Below, one piece after another: positions 29,010 to 38,164 of a stretch of DNA of 64,000 nt; position 1 is the first letter of the stretch, and the number at the start of each line of letters is the position of its first letter. The notes below the pieces were generated by a model. That model had not been told where the DNA came from, made no database searches, and worked only from the letters and a program-made list of their open reading frames with translations. A program made the position numbers and the translations under genes. Source of the DNA: an uncultured Pseudomonadales bacterium (GTDB lineage: Bacteria > Patescibacteriota > Microgenomatia > UBA1400 > PJMF01); the NCBI GenBank assembly GCA_964556485.1, contig CAZKVV010000006.1:8072-72071 (forward strand), written 5' to 3'.

Positions 29010-29136
29010 GTTGTTGTTTGATGACAGCAATTTTATGTGGGTATTTCTTCAAGAGATGGGACTGATAGTAGCATTAAAACATCTTAGCTACAAGGAGTAG
29101 CTGTATCAAAGGTGGGACTGTCAGTAGTCTGTATGC

Positions 29137-29367
29137 ATGGGAAAAGAATTGGAAGTTAAATCTAAATTTCATGTCGCTTTCGGAAAGCATCTTCAGGCTG
29201 TTAGAAGCCGAGTTGGTATCACACAAGAAAAATTAGCTGAACTTGTGGACATAGATCGTTCATATATTGGTTTTATTGAAAGAGGTGAGAGGAACATTAC
29301 ACTAGACAAGATTTATAAATTGTCTAAAGCTCTCAAGGTAAAACCAAAAGATCTTTTTGATTTCTGA
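29137..29367 (+). CDS. XRE-family HTH regulator
   Basis: GITQEKLAELVDIDRSYIGFIERGERNITL. Confidence 0.93.
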   Translation: MGKELEVKSKFHVAFGKHLQAVRSRVGITQEKLAELVDIDRSYIGFIERGERNITLDKIYKLSKALKVKPKDLFDF

Positions 29368-29463
29368 GTACCCGAGCCCTCCATTGAAAAGTACCTTTTC
29401 AGTTCTGTTTTTAATGTCCTGAAGGCACCTTGCCATAAAAAGAAATTTTCAAAAAAAGTCGAG

Positions 29464-30054
29464 TTAGCTCTCATCTGACAGCAAGTTATCAAGATATTTT
29501 TTTCTAGCTAGGGTTTTGCCTCTGCGATATTTCAACTTGGCATTTTTACTTGTCTTGATATAAGAGTAAGTTTTTTTACCGCTATTTCTAATTGCCACAA
29601 ACCCTGCAAGCTTTAAAAGTCTTCTGTATGATTCATCACTTTTGAAGAGTACAGAAAACTCATTTTCAATTAGTTTTTTAAGATGATTGACTGTCCAATA
29701 TTTAAATATGAACTTGATTTTAGTTTGTGGTCTAGAAGTTTGCAGTTTTTCAATAATGAAGTTAACTTGTTCTTCAGTTAACATCATTCTATTACCAGGT
29801 TTAACCTTATTAATTAAGCCTGCAATTCCATGCTTCTTATAAAGTGCTATCCAATGGTAAATAGTCCTTCTGTGGTATTTTTTACCAAGTATTTCACTGT
29901 TGTTTTCAAAGTAATTAATGCTTCTTCCTTTGGCTAACAACCAAATAGCCTTCATTCGTGCTTTTTGGCTTTTATTTCCACGAAGATGACCAACTCTTAA
30001 GTACTCCATTTGATTATGTTTTTCTTCAGGTGTGCAATTTCCAAATAGGTCCAT
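29464..30054 (-). CDS. IS630-like N-terminal HTH/wHTH protein lacking a DDE domain
   Basis: RMKAIWLLAKG...RTIYHWIALYKKHGIAGL...KPG...WTVNHLKKLIENEFSV...RRLLKLAGF, then a basic tail and stop. Confidence 0.7.
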   Translation of the reverse strand: MDLFGNCTPEEKHNQMEYLRVGHLRGNKSQKARMKAIWLLAKGRSINYFENNSEILGKKYHRRTIYHWIALYKKHGIAGLINKVKPGNRMMLTEEQVNFIIEKLQTSRPQTKIKFIFKYWTVNHLKKLIENEFSVLFKSDESYRRLLKLAGFVAIRNSGKKTYSYIKTSKNAKLKYRRGKTLARKKYLDNLLSDES

Positions 30055-30160
30055 TCTTATATTCTCGCAAAAAATAGGTTGTTGACAATACCCTCAAATT
30101 ATTGGGCTTGATAGCATGCTTTTCTTTCTTGTCATAAGATACCAACCGTATCGAGACAAA

Positions 30161-31174
30161 ATGAGAAAAAGCAATAAAAAAATACTAGCTGAAACAAGTT
30201 GGGAAGACTTCATGAAATACCTTGTTGGCAATAAAAATCATTCAGCAAATCCAAGTGCAATCTCAGCTGAAAAAAGTCGCTTTCAAATCATTGTGAAGTG
30301 GTTTGAAAATAAAAAGTGGACAGCTGAAAACTTTGAAGCTCTTTTGTGGTCATATCGTGAAGCGGGAAGAAGCCAAGGCACTTTAAACAAGTTGATTTCT
30401 ATGGGCAAATTGCTAGGTGAGTATCTAAATGACGATGTTGCAAAGCATTTGAAATGTAAGGTGGAAAAACTCAAAAGAATTGAGGATGTTGTTAGGTCTG
30501 AAGAAATTAAAGCTTTAGCGAACTTGTATGTCAACTACTCTACAGATGTCGATTTTATTAATTTGAGACAAAAGGCATTAATACTCTTTATGAGCACAAC
30601 AGGTGCGAGGATTGGAGAAGCAACAAAGCTTAAGTGGCAAAATTTGAAACATGAACCCGAAAAGAAGTTTGAGTTGCTAGACACAAAAAATGGTACTGAC
30701 AGATGGGCATACCTAAGTGATGAGGTTTTTGATCTCATTAATAAATTACCAAGACGAAGTGATTATATTTTTTGCTCAATTCATGGCAAACCACTCAGGA
30801 GTCAAGAAATAAATAAAGACTTAAAAAGACGGGCGTCTCAACTCAATATTAAGAAAGAGATTCATACCCATGTTTTAAGACATAGCTATGCAACTGAAAT
30901 GTTAGAGTGTGGTGTTAGTGAAACAGATGTTTGTGTCCTTGGCGGTTGGAAAGATCCCAAAATGTTACTGCGGTACAAAAACAGTGATCATGACTATTAT
31001 TCAATGACTGCCAAGTACCATCCATTAGTTAGACATGAACTTAATTGGGAGAAACAAGCTGAAACCTGTACTAGGTTAGTTAAAAAGTTCTTTTATCTTC
31101 TTGGGCCAGCAATTTCAACTGAAGTAACTCAGGACGAGTTTGTGGTGAAAGTCAAACGGAATGCTGGTTTTTAA
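30161..31174 (+). CDS. Tyrosine recombinase/integrase 2 (paralogue of integrase 1)
   Basis: TGARIGE, TKNG, HVLRHS, GGWKD, LRYKN. Shares RQKALI, SQEINxDLxxRA and HPL with integrase 1. Confidence 0.95.
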   Translation: MRKSNKKILAETSWEDFMKYLVGNKNHSANPSAISAEKSRFQIIVKWFENKKWTAENFEALLWSYREAGRSQGTLNKLISMGKLLGEYLNDDVAKHLKCKVEKLKRIEDVVRSEEIKALANLYVNYSTDVDFINLRQKALILFMSTTGARIGEATKLKWQNLKHEPEKKFELLDTKNGTDRWAYLSDEVFDLINKLPRRSDYIFCSIHGKPLRSQEINKDLKRRASQLNIKKEIHTHVLRHSYATEMLECGVSETDVCVLGGWKDPKMLLRYKNSDHDYYSMTAKYHPLVRHELNWEKQAETCTRLVKKFFYLLGPAISTEVTQDEFVVKVKRNAGF

Positions 31175-31253
31175 CTGATATTTCTGCTATAAATCCTCAT
31201 TAACCAAGCCTGGATGTAATCCTAAACCTATAACTTGGATTAGGCAAGGAAAT

Positions 31254-31568
31254 ATGACACAAAAGAGTTGGATTCTTTTTTTTGCAGTTATCGTGATTTC
31301 AGGTTCTCTAATCTACCGATCAGGACATTATCAAGGCAAGCCATTACTACAGTGGGTAGCAGATTATATAACCATAAAGGGTCAATATGAGGCGTTGTTA
31401 AACCAACAAGCTCAACGCCAATCATGTCTAAATAAAGTAAATAAGGATCTCAAGCCAGTATTAGACGAACTGAAAGCAAATCCTAATCAAGTCAAGTCAA
31501 ATGATTTAACACTCGTTGCATTAACCGCATGGGCAATGAAAGACCGCTGTTTAGAGTTATACCCTTAG
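31254..31568 (+). CDS. Small membrane-anchored hypothetical protein
   Basis: SD AAGGA, N-terminal TM, two Cys. Confidence 0.7.
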   Translation: MTQKSWILFFAVIVISGSLIYRSGHYQGKPLLQWVADYITIKGQYEALLNQQAQRQSCLNKVNKDLKPVLDELKANPNQVKSNDLTLVALTAWAMKDRCLELYP

Positions 31569-31693
31569 TTTAAGGTGTGCATTTTGCCCCAACCCCTGTT
31601 TTCCTGCTCCTAAAACCTCGATTTTTGGGTATAATAGTGATCTAATATTTTTATGTCGCATCTAGGTTTCTAGAGGAAACACAGTTCTGACCT

Positions 31694-31710
31694 ACAAGCC
31701 AAGCTAGCCA
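31694..31710 (+). repeat. attR-like 17-bp direct repeat overlapping tRNA-Phe 5' end
   Basis: ACAAGCCAAGCTAGCCA, identical to 21003-21019. Confidence 0.9.
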
Positions 31711-31773
31711 AGGTGGTCACGGCGCATGTCTGAAAAACATGAGATTGAAGTTCGACTCTTCAGCTTGGCACCA
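31698..31773 (+). tRNA. tRNA-Phe(GAA)
   Basis: Acceptor GCCAAGC/GCTTGGC, anticodon arm CATGT-CT GAA AA-ACATG, T-arm TGAAG-TTCGACT-CTTCA, ends ACCA. Confidence 0.95.
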
Positions 31774-31784
31774 CCACAAAAAAA

Positions 31785-31940
31785 CTACTTTCCCAAAGCC
31801 TGGGAAACCATTGTTTTAACAAAATCAATAAAACCCTTTAAAGCTACTCCAAACCATTTAAATGCAAACTTAGTGCCTTCTTCTGCTACTCTGCCTGTTG
31901 CGCGATTAATCTCTTGCCTCGAAAAATAAGTTTGATTCAT
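31785..31940 (-). CDS. 51-aa amphipathic peptide (below ORF-track cutoff)
   Basis: MNQTYFSRQEINRATGRVAEEGTKFAFKWFGVALKGFIDFVKTMVSQALGK*. TACAAT 7 nt upstream of the ATG. Fills the gap between two tRNAs. Confidence 0.65.
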   Translation of the reverse strand: MNQTYFSRQEINRATGRVAEEGTKFAFKWFGVALKGFIDFVKTMVSQALGK

Positions 31941-32018
31941 AGGAATTATTGTACAGCTCACAAGTCGCCTTCACAAGGCGGGGGTCGGCATGTATAATAC
32001 CCCTGTTGGAAGCAACGT

Positions 32019-32095
32019 GCGAGAATAGCTCAGTTGGCTAGAGCGCCTCCTTGCCAAGGAGGAGGTCGCGGGTTCGAATCCCGTTTCTCGCTCCA
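32019..32095 (+). tRNA. tRNA-Gly(GCC)
   Basis: CCTCC-TT GCC AA-GGAGG, GGTTCGAATCC, encoded CCA. Confidence 0.97.
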
Positions 32096-32115
32096 TATTT
32101 TTATCAATTCTTTTT

Positions 32116-32928
32116 CTACTCTTCCCACTGTTTTGCAGCTTCAGAATAGGTTTCATTGGAGGTCACGTCGTACCAAAAACCTTGGAAAACAAATGCGCTT
32201 AGCTCACGCTTACTGGATAACAAGGGAAAAATATCCTTCTCTAACAGCAGTGGTGACACATTTGGAATAAGTCCAAACAACTCGGACTTAACCACATACA
32301 TTCCAGTATTAATGATACTAATACCTTTATCTTCACTACTTGGTAAAAACTGAATGATTTTGTTGCCTTCCAATACTACTTGGCCATATTCTGTGGCACC
32401 CATTGCAGGTTTAACCACCATCGTTGCTATGGTATTTTCATTTAAATGAAAAGAGATCAACGCTTCTAAGTCTAAATCACACAACACATCGCCGTGCATG
32501 ACCAAAAACGCCTCTGAATCAATATATTTATCTACATTTTTAAGTGCTCCAGCAGTTCCAAGTGGAGTTTTTTCATGTGAGTACACCATTTGCAAGCCCA
32601 CTTGAGATCCATCTCCAAACACTTTTTGAATTGCCACACCTTCTTCACCGGCACAAATAATAACCTTGGCAATGCCTACTTCGCGCAAGCGCTCCAGCAT
32701 AATTGCCAAAACATACCTATCACCGATCTTTTTAAGGGTAGGATTGTCGTTCACATGTTTTGCACCTCCAGCAAGAATAACAGCGGTATCAATACTTGGT
32801 GAAAAACTACTTTCCAGAAGGTTCTCAATAGCGTGAGAACGGTTGCGAATCTGGATCCCATCAATGTAGTGATCAACTTTTTTGAGAACCGATTCTGATA
32901 ACGTGATAGTAAGTCGTTGTTTTCCCAT
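32116..32928 (-). CDS. Ribbon-helix-helix plus NDP-sugar pyrophosphorylase (NTP_transferase) fusion
   Basis: [10 protein letters not shown]...[11 protein letters not shown] (CopG/NikR-like), then [26 protein letters not shown]. Confidence 0.85.
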   Translation of the reverse strand: MGKQRLTITLSESVLKKVDHYIDGIQIRNRSHAIENLLESSFSPSIDTAVILAGGAKHVNDNPTLKKIGDRYVLAIMLERLREVGIAKVIICAGEEGVAIQKVFGDGSQVGLQMVYSHEKTPLGTAGALKNVDKYIDSEAFLVMHGDVLCDLDLEALISFHLNENTIATMVVKPAMGATEYGQVVLEGNKIIQFLPSSEDKGISIINTGMYVVKSELFGLIPNVSPLLLEKDIFPLLSSKRELSAFVFQGFWYDVTSNETYSEAAKQWEE

Positions 32929-32929
32929 T

Positions 32930-33976
32930 TTAGTACTCGATAATTTCAATTGTTGCTGATAGCAAATGAGCCGTTCCAAATCTGGATTCCAGGGCTTTTT
33001 TATATGACACATACTGCTTAGTGGGCTTACCATCTTGATCCAAAAAACTAAACCCAGCGAAAGGACCAGGTGCTCCTTGCAGAATAAATGGAGTAACTGC
33101 AACTACTTGAGGATGACTCCAGATATTATCCACAGCATACTGATAGTAGGAATCAAACCATTTACTCAAACTTGCTGATGCTTCCCAGCCTGTTTCAGTA
33201 ATATACACCTGAAAATCCTTATTAGTTTTTTGCTTGGCATATGCCAATTCATACTCAAAACCACGAAGTGAATTTCTTGCTGTTCTGGTGGGCGCTGAAC
33301 TAAAACCAGGATTTGGATACGAGTGTGAGTTCCATGCATCTGCGAGCATAAAAACCTCGGAATTATGCGCGTGCATTGCCTCAAGATAGGCAAATGCCTC
33401 CTTGGTACTGCGACCATTTGGTGCAGCTAAATCCATAGCAGCAGGCAAAACTACAAAATTAGCATTTTCAGTGTGCGCCCAGTTTGCCGCAAAAATAAAA
33501 ACATCTGCATATTCTACTGGATCAATCTTTCCACCCCATTCTTTAGCGTGGTTAACCTCGTTATAGATAATAATAGTGCGCTGTTGGGTTGGCCATTCTA
33601 GGTGCGAAAGCACTTCAATTTGATCAACAATGGTACGTTTTGAAGGAACTTGCCATGCTCCATCTTCGAATTTGGTCACTAATCGAACAATTGGAATAAT
33701 GCGTCGCTCTCGAGCTATATCAAAAAATTCTTGCCACTGGGTAGTTTTTTGGACATCCTCAAGAGTAAATGGAATAGTTACGTAAGTCCAAGTGTTATCT
33801 TGGTTAAAACTAGCAGTGAGTTCACTTGCCTTGAGAAGCTCCTCCGTACTCAAAATATGAATGCCAGCTGGAATCGTCTCTGCAGCAAACAAAGGAGTCG
33901 CTGACATCATCAAAAAGAAAAGAACTAGTAGGGCCATTCTCATTTGTTTGAGCATTTGTATGTTATAGGATAACAT
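32930..33976 (-). CDS. Exported clan GH-A-like glycoside hydrolase
   Basis: Signal peptide, IYNEVN acid/base, SHSYP, ITETGW nucleophile. Confidence 0.8.
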   Translation of the reverse strand: MLSYNIQMLKQMRMALLVLFFLMMSATPLFAAETIPAGIHILSTEELLKASELTASFNQDNTWTYVTIPFTLEDVQKTTQWQEFFDIARERRIIPIVRLVTKFEDGAWQVPSKRTIVDQIEVLSHLEWPTQQRTIIIYNEVNHAKEWGGKIDPVEYADVFIFAANWAHTENANFVVLPAAMDLAAPNGRSTKEAFAYLEAMHAHNSEVFMLADAWNSHSYPNPGFSSAPTRTARNSLRGFEYELAYAKQKTNKDFQVYITETGWEASASLSKWFDSYYQYAVDNIWSHPQVVAVTPFILQGAPGPFAGFSFLDQDGKPTKQYVSYKKALESRFGTAHLLSATIEIIEY

Positions 33977-34033
33977 GAATAAGTGATATTTTCAAGGCAA
34001 GGTTGTGGAAAACTTGCTGTTATACTATAGCTC

Positions 34034-34732
34034 ATGAAAGCACTCTTTTATGCTTTTTCTTGGTTGTTTTTAGCTGCTGGCAGTGTGCTAATAAGTGTCG
34101 CCGGCTATGAATTGTACCGCACCCATCCAGAGTTTTTCAACTTCAACCCAGGGTTTAATGGTACGAGAATTTTGCACAGTTCTCTCGACGAACCAGAAGC
34201 TTATGAAGATAACCAAGAATTTAAAACCTATCTCGAAGCTGGAGATGCAAGACCACTTATCATCGCCAACTTTTTAGAACGATATAACTCGCCAATGAAG
34301 CCATATGATTACTATGGTGTGAAATTGGTTGAGATTGCAGATCGCTACGATATAGATTTCCGCCTCCTACCAGCCATTGCCATGCAAGAAAGCAATCTTT
34401 GCAAACGCATTCCAGAAGGCTCGTATAACTGTCTTGGATTTGGCATTCATGAACGAGGAACCTTGCAGTTTGAAACTTATGAAGCAAACTTTGACAGAGC
34501 GGGCAGAGAACTCAAGGCAAACTACATTAACCAGGGAAGAGTCACTCCTGAGCTCATCATGAAAAAATATACCCCAAGCAGTAACGGCTCTTGGGCCGCT
34601 TCTGTAAACCAATGGATGTCTGAAATGCGCTATGACGATCGCATCTTAGGCCAAGAACACAAAAATAATAATGCAAATCTACTCGAGTTTACATCTGAAT
34701 CAGCTTCTCCAGCCGCAGTCACGGCGCAATAA
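34034..34732 (+). CDS. Membrane-anchored lysozyme-fold (glucosaminidase/transglycosylase-like) protein
   Basis: N-terminal TM, IDFRLLPAIAMQESN...YNCLGFG...KYTP. Confidence 0.75.
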   Translation: MKALFYAFSWLFLAAGSVLISVAGYELYRTHPEFFNFNPGFNGTRILHSSLDEPEAYEDNQEFKTYLEAGDARPLIIANFLERYNSPMKPYDYYGVKLVEIADRYDIDFRLLPAIAMQESNLCKRIPEGSYNCLGFGIHERGTLQFETYEANFDRAGRELKANYINQGRVTPELIMKKYTPSSNGSWAASVNQWMSEMRYDDRILGQEHKNNNANLLEFTSESASPAAVTAQ

Positions 34733-34820
34733 ACAAATGAATCTTGATTTTCTACCAAAAAAAGTGATTTTCCGTCTATTGTATGGTTGAATGACGTGTT
34801 ATGATGCATTTTTACCCATA

Positions 34821-34849
34821 TTGACAATCTTATAATAATTTGCTACAAT
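34821..34849 (+). promoter_or_regulatory. Sigma70-type promoter
   Basis: TTGACA-N17-TACAAT. Confidence 0.75.
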
Positions 34850-34852
34850 ACG

Positions 34853-34931
34853 AGCACCTCAGAAGGTTGATCCTCACCGGGATTTACGTTCTGAGACATA
34901 AGCACCTCAGACATTCGTCTGGGGTTTTTTT
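34853..34931 (+). ncRNA. Candidate ~75-nt small RNA
   Basis: Promoter, then hairpin CTCAGAA...TTCTGAG (inner GATCCT/GGGATT), then terminator CCTCAGAC-attc-GTCTGGGG-T7. No ORF. Confidence 0.6.
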
Positions 34932-34950
34932 GTAGGCTTAGATCTTTCGG

Positions 34951-35961
34951 TTAGAATTCTGAGCCATGCACTTCTCGATATGATTTTCTTGAATCGAGGT
35001 CACCTGTTTGCTGCGGAAGGATTGCCGGCAACTCTGCAACGAATTTCTGTAGCTGAAAAAACAATCTTCTCTCTTCATCATCTCTTTTTTTTAAAGGTCT
35101 CATTGCTGCCCACACACTTGTTGGTAGTGTAATTCTGGTTACACCGTTATCAAATGCCTCTATCAAATCAGTTCTACATTTTTCATCCACTGGTGAGTAC
35201 CAATGTCCCTTTAAAAATGTTTGACCGTTACTTGTAGTAAATGTTTCCACACAAAGTCCAGTTATTTTCCCCCTAAATTTTACTGCAAGATGCTCATTAA
35301 CCATTAGTAAGGCTGAATCTGCAAGTGATCGTTCAAAATGTGTCTCAGATGATCCGCACAGATACCAAGCATTATTACTGGGTCTTAGTTCAATTTCGAG
35401 ATCGGTAAGTTGTGGTTGCAGTTTTTGCATGATGTTTGATGGCAAATTGTTAAGTTTTACCGCAGTTAAAATAATACCTATCTGGAAACGATGTGTCTTT
35501 GGATCATCTAATAAAAAATCAAGCAGTGTTAAAACAAATTCATTATTTAACTGCTCAGCCACTCGCTCAAGCTCAAAACCATACGAAAAGCATAAATCGC
35601 TTTCTAAATCATCGGATGCATGATTCATAAACAAAAAATTTAACAGAATTAATAATTCCTGGTTATTTTTTGCAAAGTTTAAAAAAGATGTGTACATTTT
35701 GATTTTTTGCTCATGAGAAAATGTTCTGAGAACAAGCTGCAATTGTCGATACCCATTGAGCGTTTCGGCAGCTTTAGACTCTAGATAAACGTGATCTAAA
35801 TCGTTAGTCACACCTTGAAACGCTTGATCTAGCATGTTTGCCACTACCCGTAGACGACCATATCTTGCTTCATCAGAAGCAGCAACTGCTTCTTCGTAAG
35901 TCATATCAATAAAGCGTGGTTGATGGTCTATAGGGGAAATTTCGCCGTGTTCTAGTGTCAT
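34951..35961 (-). CDS. Hypothetical protein
   Basis: 336-aa ORF downstream of tRNA-Leu. No motif recognised. Confidence 0.7.
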   Translation of the reverse strand: MTLEHGEISPIDHQPRFIDMTYEEAVAASDEARYGRLRVVANMLDQAFQGVTNDLDHVYLESKAAETLNGYRQLQLVLRTFSHEQKIKMYTSFLNFAKNNQELLILLNFLFMNHASDDLESDLCFSYGFELERVAEQLNNEFVLTLLDFLLDDPKTHRFQIGIILTAVKLNNLPSNIMQKLQPQLTDLEIELRPSNNAWYLCGSSETHFERSLADSALLMVNEHLAVKFRGKITGLCVETFTTSNGQTFLKGHWYSPVDEKCRTDLIEAFDNGVTRITLPTSVWAAMRPLKKRDDEERRLFFQLQKFVAELPAILPQQTGDLDSRKSYREVHGSEF

Positions 35962-36025
35962 AGCACCTACCTACTTTAATAATACTGCAGATGTTGGGGA
36001 GAAATAGAAACAAAAAGTACTAAGG

Positions 36026-36107
36026 TGCCGAAGAGAGGACTTGAACCTCCAAGGATTGCTCCACACGGTTCTAAGCCGTGCGCGTATACCAATTCCGCCA
36101 CTTCGGC
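36026..36107 (-). tRNA. tRNA-Leu(TAG)
   Basis: Reverse complement GCCGAAGTGGCGGAATTGG...CACGG-CT TAG AA-CCGTG...GGTTCAAGTCC. Confidence 0.96.
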
Positions 36108-36187
36108 GCGCAAGTAGCTCTGGTATTGTACACCAAGGGGTTACAAATAACATGCCTTACTGGCAACTCTGATCAGGGTTTGTTATA

Positions 36188-36685
36188 GTGCATGCATATC
36201 ATTCCAACATGTCTGAATTCATCACAGAACTCCCAGAACAGCCTACTGAACCAATACAACCGATTCCGCAGGTTGTCTCATATCAAAATCCCCAACCACC
36301 CATACGAGACATGAAGCTTGTCAAAGCGCGTGTGTTGTACTGGTTACATAAAGTTGTTTCAGTTCTACTTATCCTGCACGGTATTATGGAAACCTGGGAG
36401 ATTGTGCAGTTTTTAGCTGTCGAATATCCAGAACTAAACCACTTATTAGAAATAAAGCAATTAACAGAAGTAGAACTTTCTTTCTTTGCAGTAACGGTTA
36501 TTCTGGCTGCAGTGGAAACCAGCATTTCATTTTTCTTGGCACACCGAATGCATCACATGTCAGAAGAAGCCGACCTCACTTTTGATTTCTTGATTTCAAC
36601 CCTGTTTCTTGTAGTCGCACCTCCAATCTCCAAATGGATTGCCCTGCAAGACTTCAGCTTTATCACCAGCTTACTGATAAAATAA
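36188..36685 (+). CDS. Membrane hypothetical protein (3 TM)
   Basis: Hydrophobic helices. The true start may be the ATG of MSEF. Confidence 0.7.
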   Translation: MHAYHSNMSEFITELPEQPTEPIQPIPQVVSYQNPQPPIRDMKLVKARVLYWLHKVVSVLLILHGIMETWEIVQFLAVEYPELNHLLEIKQLTEVELSFFAVTVILAAVETSISFFLAHRMHHMSEEADLTFDFLISTLFLVVAPPISKWIALQDFSFITSLLIK

Positions 36686-36693
36686 ATGACTGC

Positions 36694-37389
36694 ATGACAG
36701 CTCCAACGTACATACACAAAAAAAGTTCTCGAACCAACTCAATCAAAATTGCCCTAAACACTTCGGGCAAAGTAGTGGTAACCACACCTCATTTCATGCC
36801 TAAGTTTTTAATCGACCGTTTTGTGACTACCAACATGAACTGGATTGAAATTCAACAACGTGCATTCGAACTTAAAAAAAAACAAGCGGGTTCAACAAAT
36901 GATGTACACCTTTTTGGTAAAGTGTACACAAGAAAAGACTCATTTAGCACTTCGCTGCCCATCGGCATCAGCATTAGTGGTTCAAACTTACTCTTTAATC
37001 CCAGCAGTTCGCCACACTTGACTTCTTCAGAAAAAATAGAAGCAGAATACCGTCGCACCAAACTGAGATTTCTTAAGCACACCGCCAGTCAATATATTAT
37101 TCCCCGAACCCAGCAGCTTGCGCAGACCATGAAAACTACTTTTGGCAAAATTACGCTCCGGGAGCAAAAAACGAGGTGGGGCAGTTGTAGTTCGACAGGC
37201 AATCTCAACTTCAACTGGAATCTGGTGCAGTATGAACCAGCCATCATCGATTATGTGATCATTCATGAACTGGCACATCGAACCCACATGGACCATTCTC
37301 AAGCATTTTGGAATCTTGTTGCCAAGTATGATCCAGCGTATAAAGAACACCAGGGTTGGTTAAAAAGAAATGGCCTCTCAGTTTCGTAA
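36694..37389 (+). CDS. YgjP/DUF45 (SprT-like) Zn metallopeptidase
   Basis: QKTRWGSCS...LNFNW...YVIIHELAH...HSQAFW. Confidence 0.92.
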   Translation: MTAPTYIHKKSSRTNSIKIALNTSGKVVVTTPHFMPKFLIDRFVTTNMNWIEIQQRAFELKKKQAGSTNDVHLFGKVYTRKDSFSTSLPIGISISGSNLLFNPSSSPHLTSSEKIEAEYRRTKLRFLKHTASQYIIPRTQQLAQTMKTTFGKITLREQKTRWGSCSSTGNLNFNWNLVQYEPAIIDYVIIHELAHRTHMDHSQAFWNLVAKYDPAYKEHQGWLKRNGLSVS

Positions 37390-37415
37390 CAGTCATTTCA
37401 ATAGTCATAAAAACT

Positions 37416-38096
37416 ATGTACATACTTCATGGAGATAACACCATAGCTTCGCGTGAAAAACGCGTATCTCTTGTTGCCGAAATGAAAGCGCAAGGCTACA
37501 AGGTTATAACGCTTGATGCCGCCAAACTATCCCGAGCTGAACTAGAATCCACCCTTAACTCTCAAGATTTATTTGGCGCTTCGCAATGTGTTTGTATTGA
37601 CGGATTGCATTCACTCCAAACTTCAGCACGAAAAAAAGAACTACTCACACTGCTATCTCAGCACACCAATGAGCCACTCATTGTATGGGAAAAAAGAGCA
37701 TTAACAAAAACCATGCTCAACATGTTTGCTGGAGCAACCATTTTAGAGTTTAAAGCCAGCAATACACTGTTTACTTGGCTAGAAAGTCTTGGCACCACCA
37801 CACCAAAGGCAAAAAAACTCGAGTTGCTCCATCAAGCAATTGCCTCTGACGGGGAATACTTGTGTTTTTTGATGCTCATTAGACAACTGCGAATGCTCCT
37901 TACCGTCCTCGAGCGCGGCGTCGTTGCTGGTCCGCCATTCATGGTCGCAAAAATAAAAAAGCAAGCTGAGTCTTTTACTACGCCACAACTATTAGAGCTC
38001 TATGAAAAACTTGCTTTACTAGACGAGCAAAGTAAAACTTCAAAAACGCTCCTACCACTGGCAGCTGAACTTGATCTTTTAACTATAAAGTTGTAG
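37416..38096 (+). CDS. holA: DNA polymerase III subunit delta (short CPR type)
   Basis: YILHGDN, SQDLFG, LIRQLRML, PFMVAK...LDEQSKT. Confidence 0.75.
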   Translation: MYILHGDNTIASREKRVSLVAEMKAQGYKVITLDAAKLSRAELESTLNSQDLFGASQCVCIDGLHSLQTSARKKELLTLLSQHTNEPLIVWEKRALTKTMLNMFAGATILEFKASNTLFTWLESLGTTTPKAKKLELLHQAIASDGEYLCFLMLIRQLRMLLTVLERGVVAGPPFMVAKIKKQAESFTTPQLLELYEKLALLDEQSKTSKTLLPLAAELDLLTIKL

Positions 38097-38164
38097 ATTA
38101 TCATCATACTTTGTCATACAAAAGACTATGCTACTTTAGAACTGCAAAAAAAGAGGAGGATTGC

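Larger units (their letters stand above)
21003..31710. mobile_element. ~10.7-kb integrative element inserted at the 5' end of tRNA-Phe
   Basis: Terminal 17-bp direct repeats, a tyrosine recombinase near each end, AT-rich defence-type cargo. Confidence 0.85.

Noticed and set aside
29464-30054. Active IS630 element
   Set aside because: No DDE domain was found downstream and no terminal inverted repeats were seen.
31726-36153. ORFs 31726-31929, 31971-32156, 32034-32270 and 35971-36153
   Set aside because: They overlap tRNA-Phe, tRNA-Gly or tRNA-Leu and are spurious translations.
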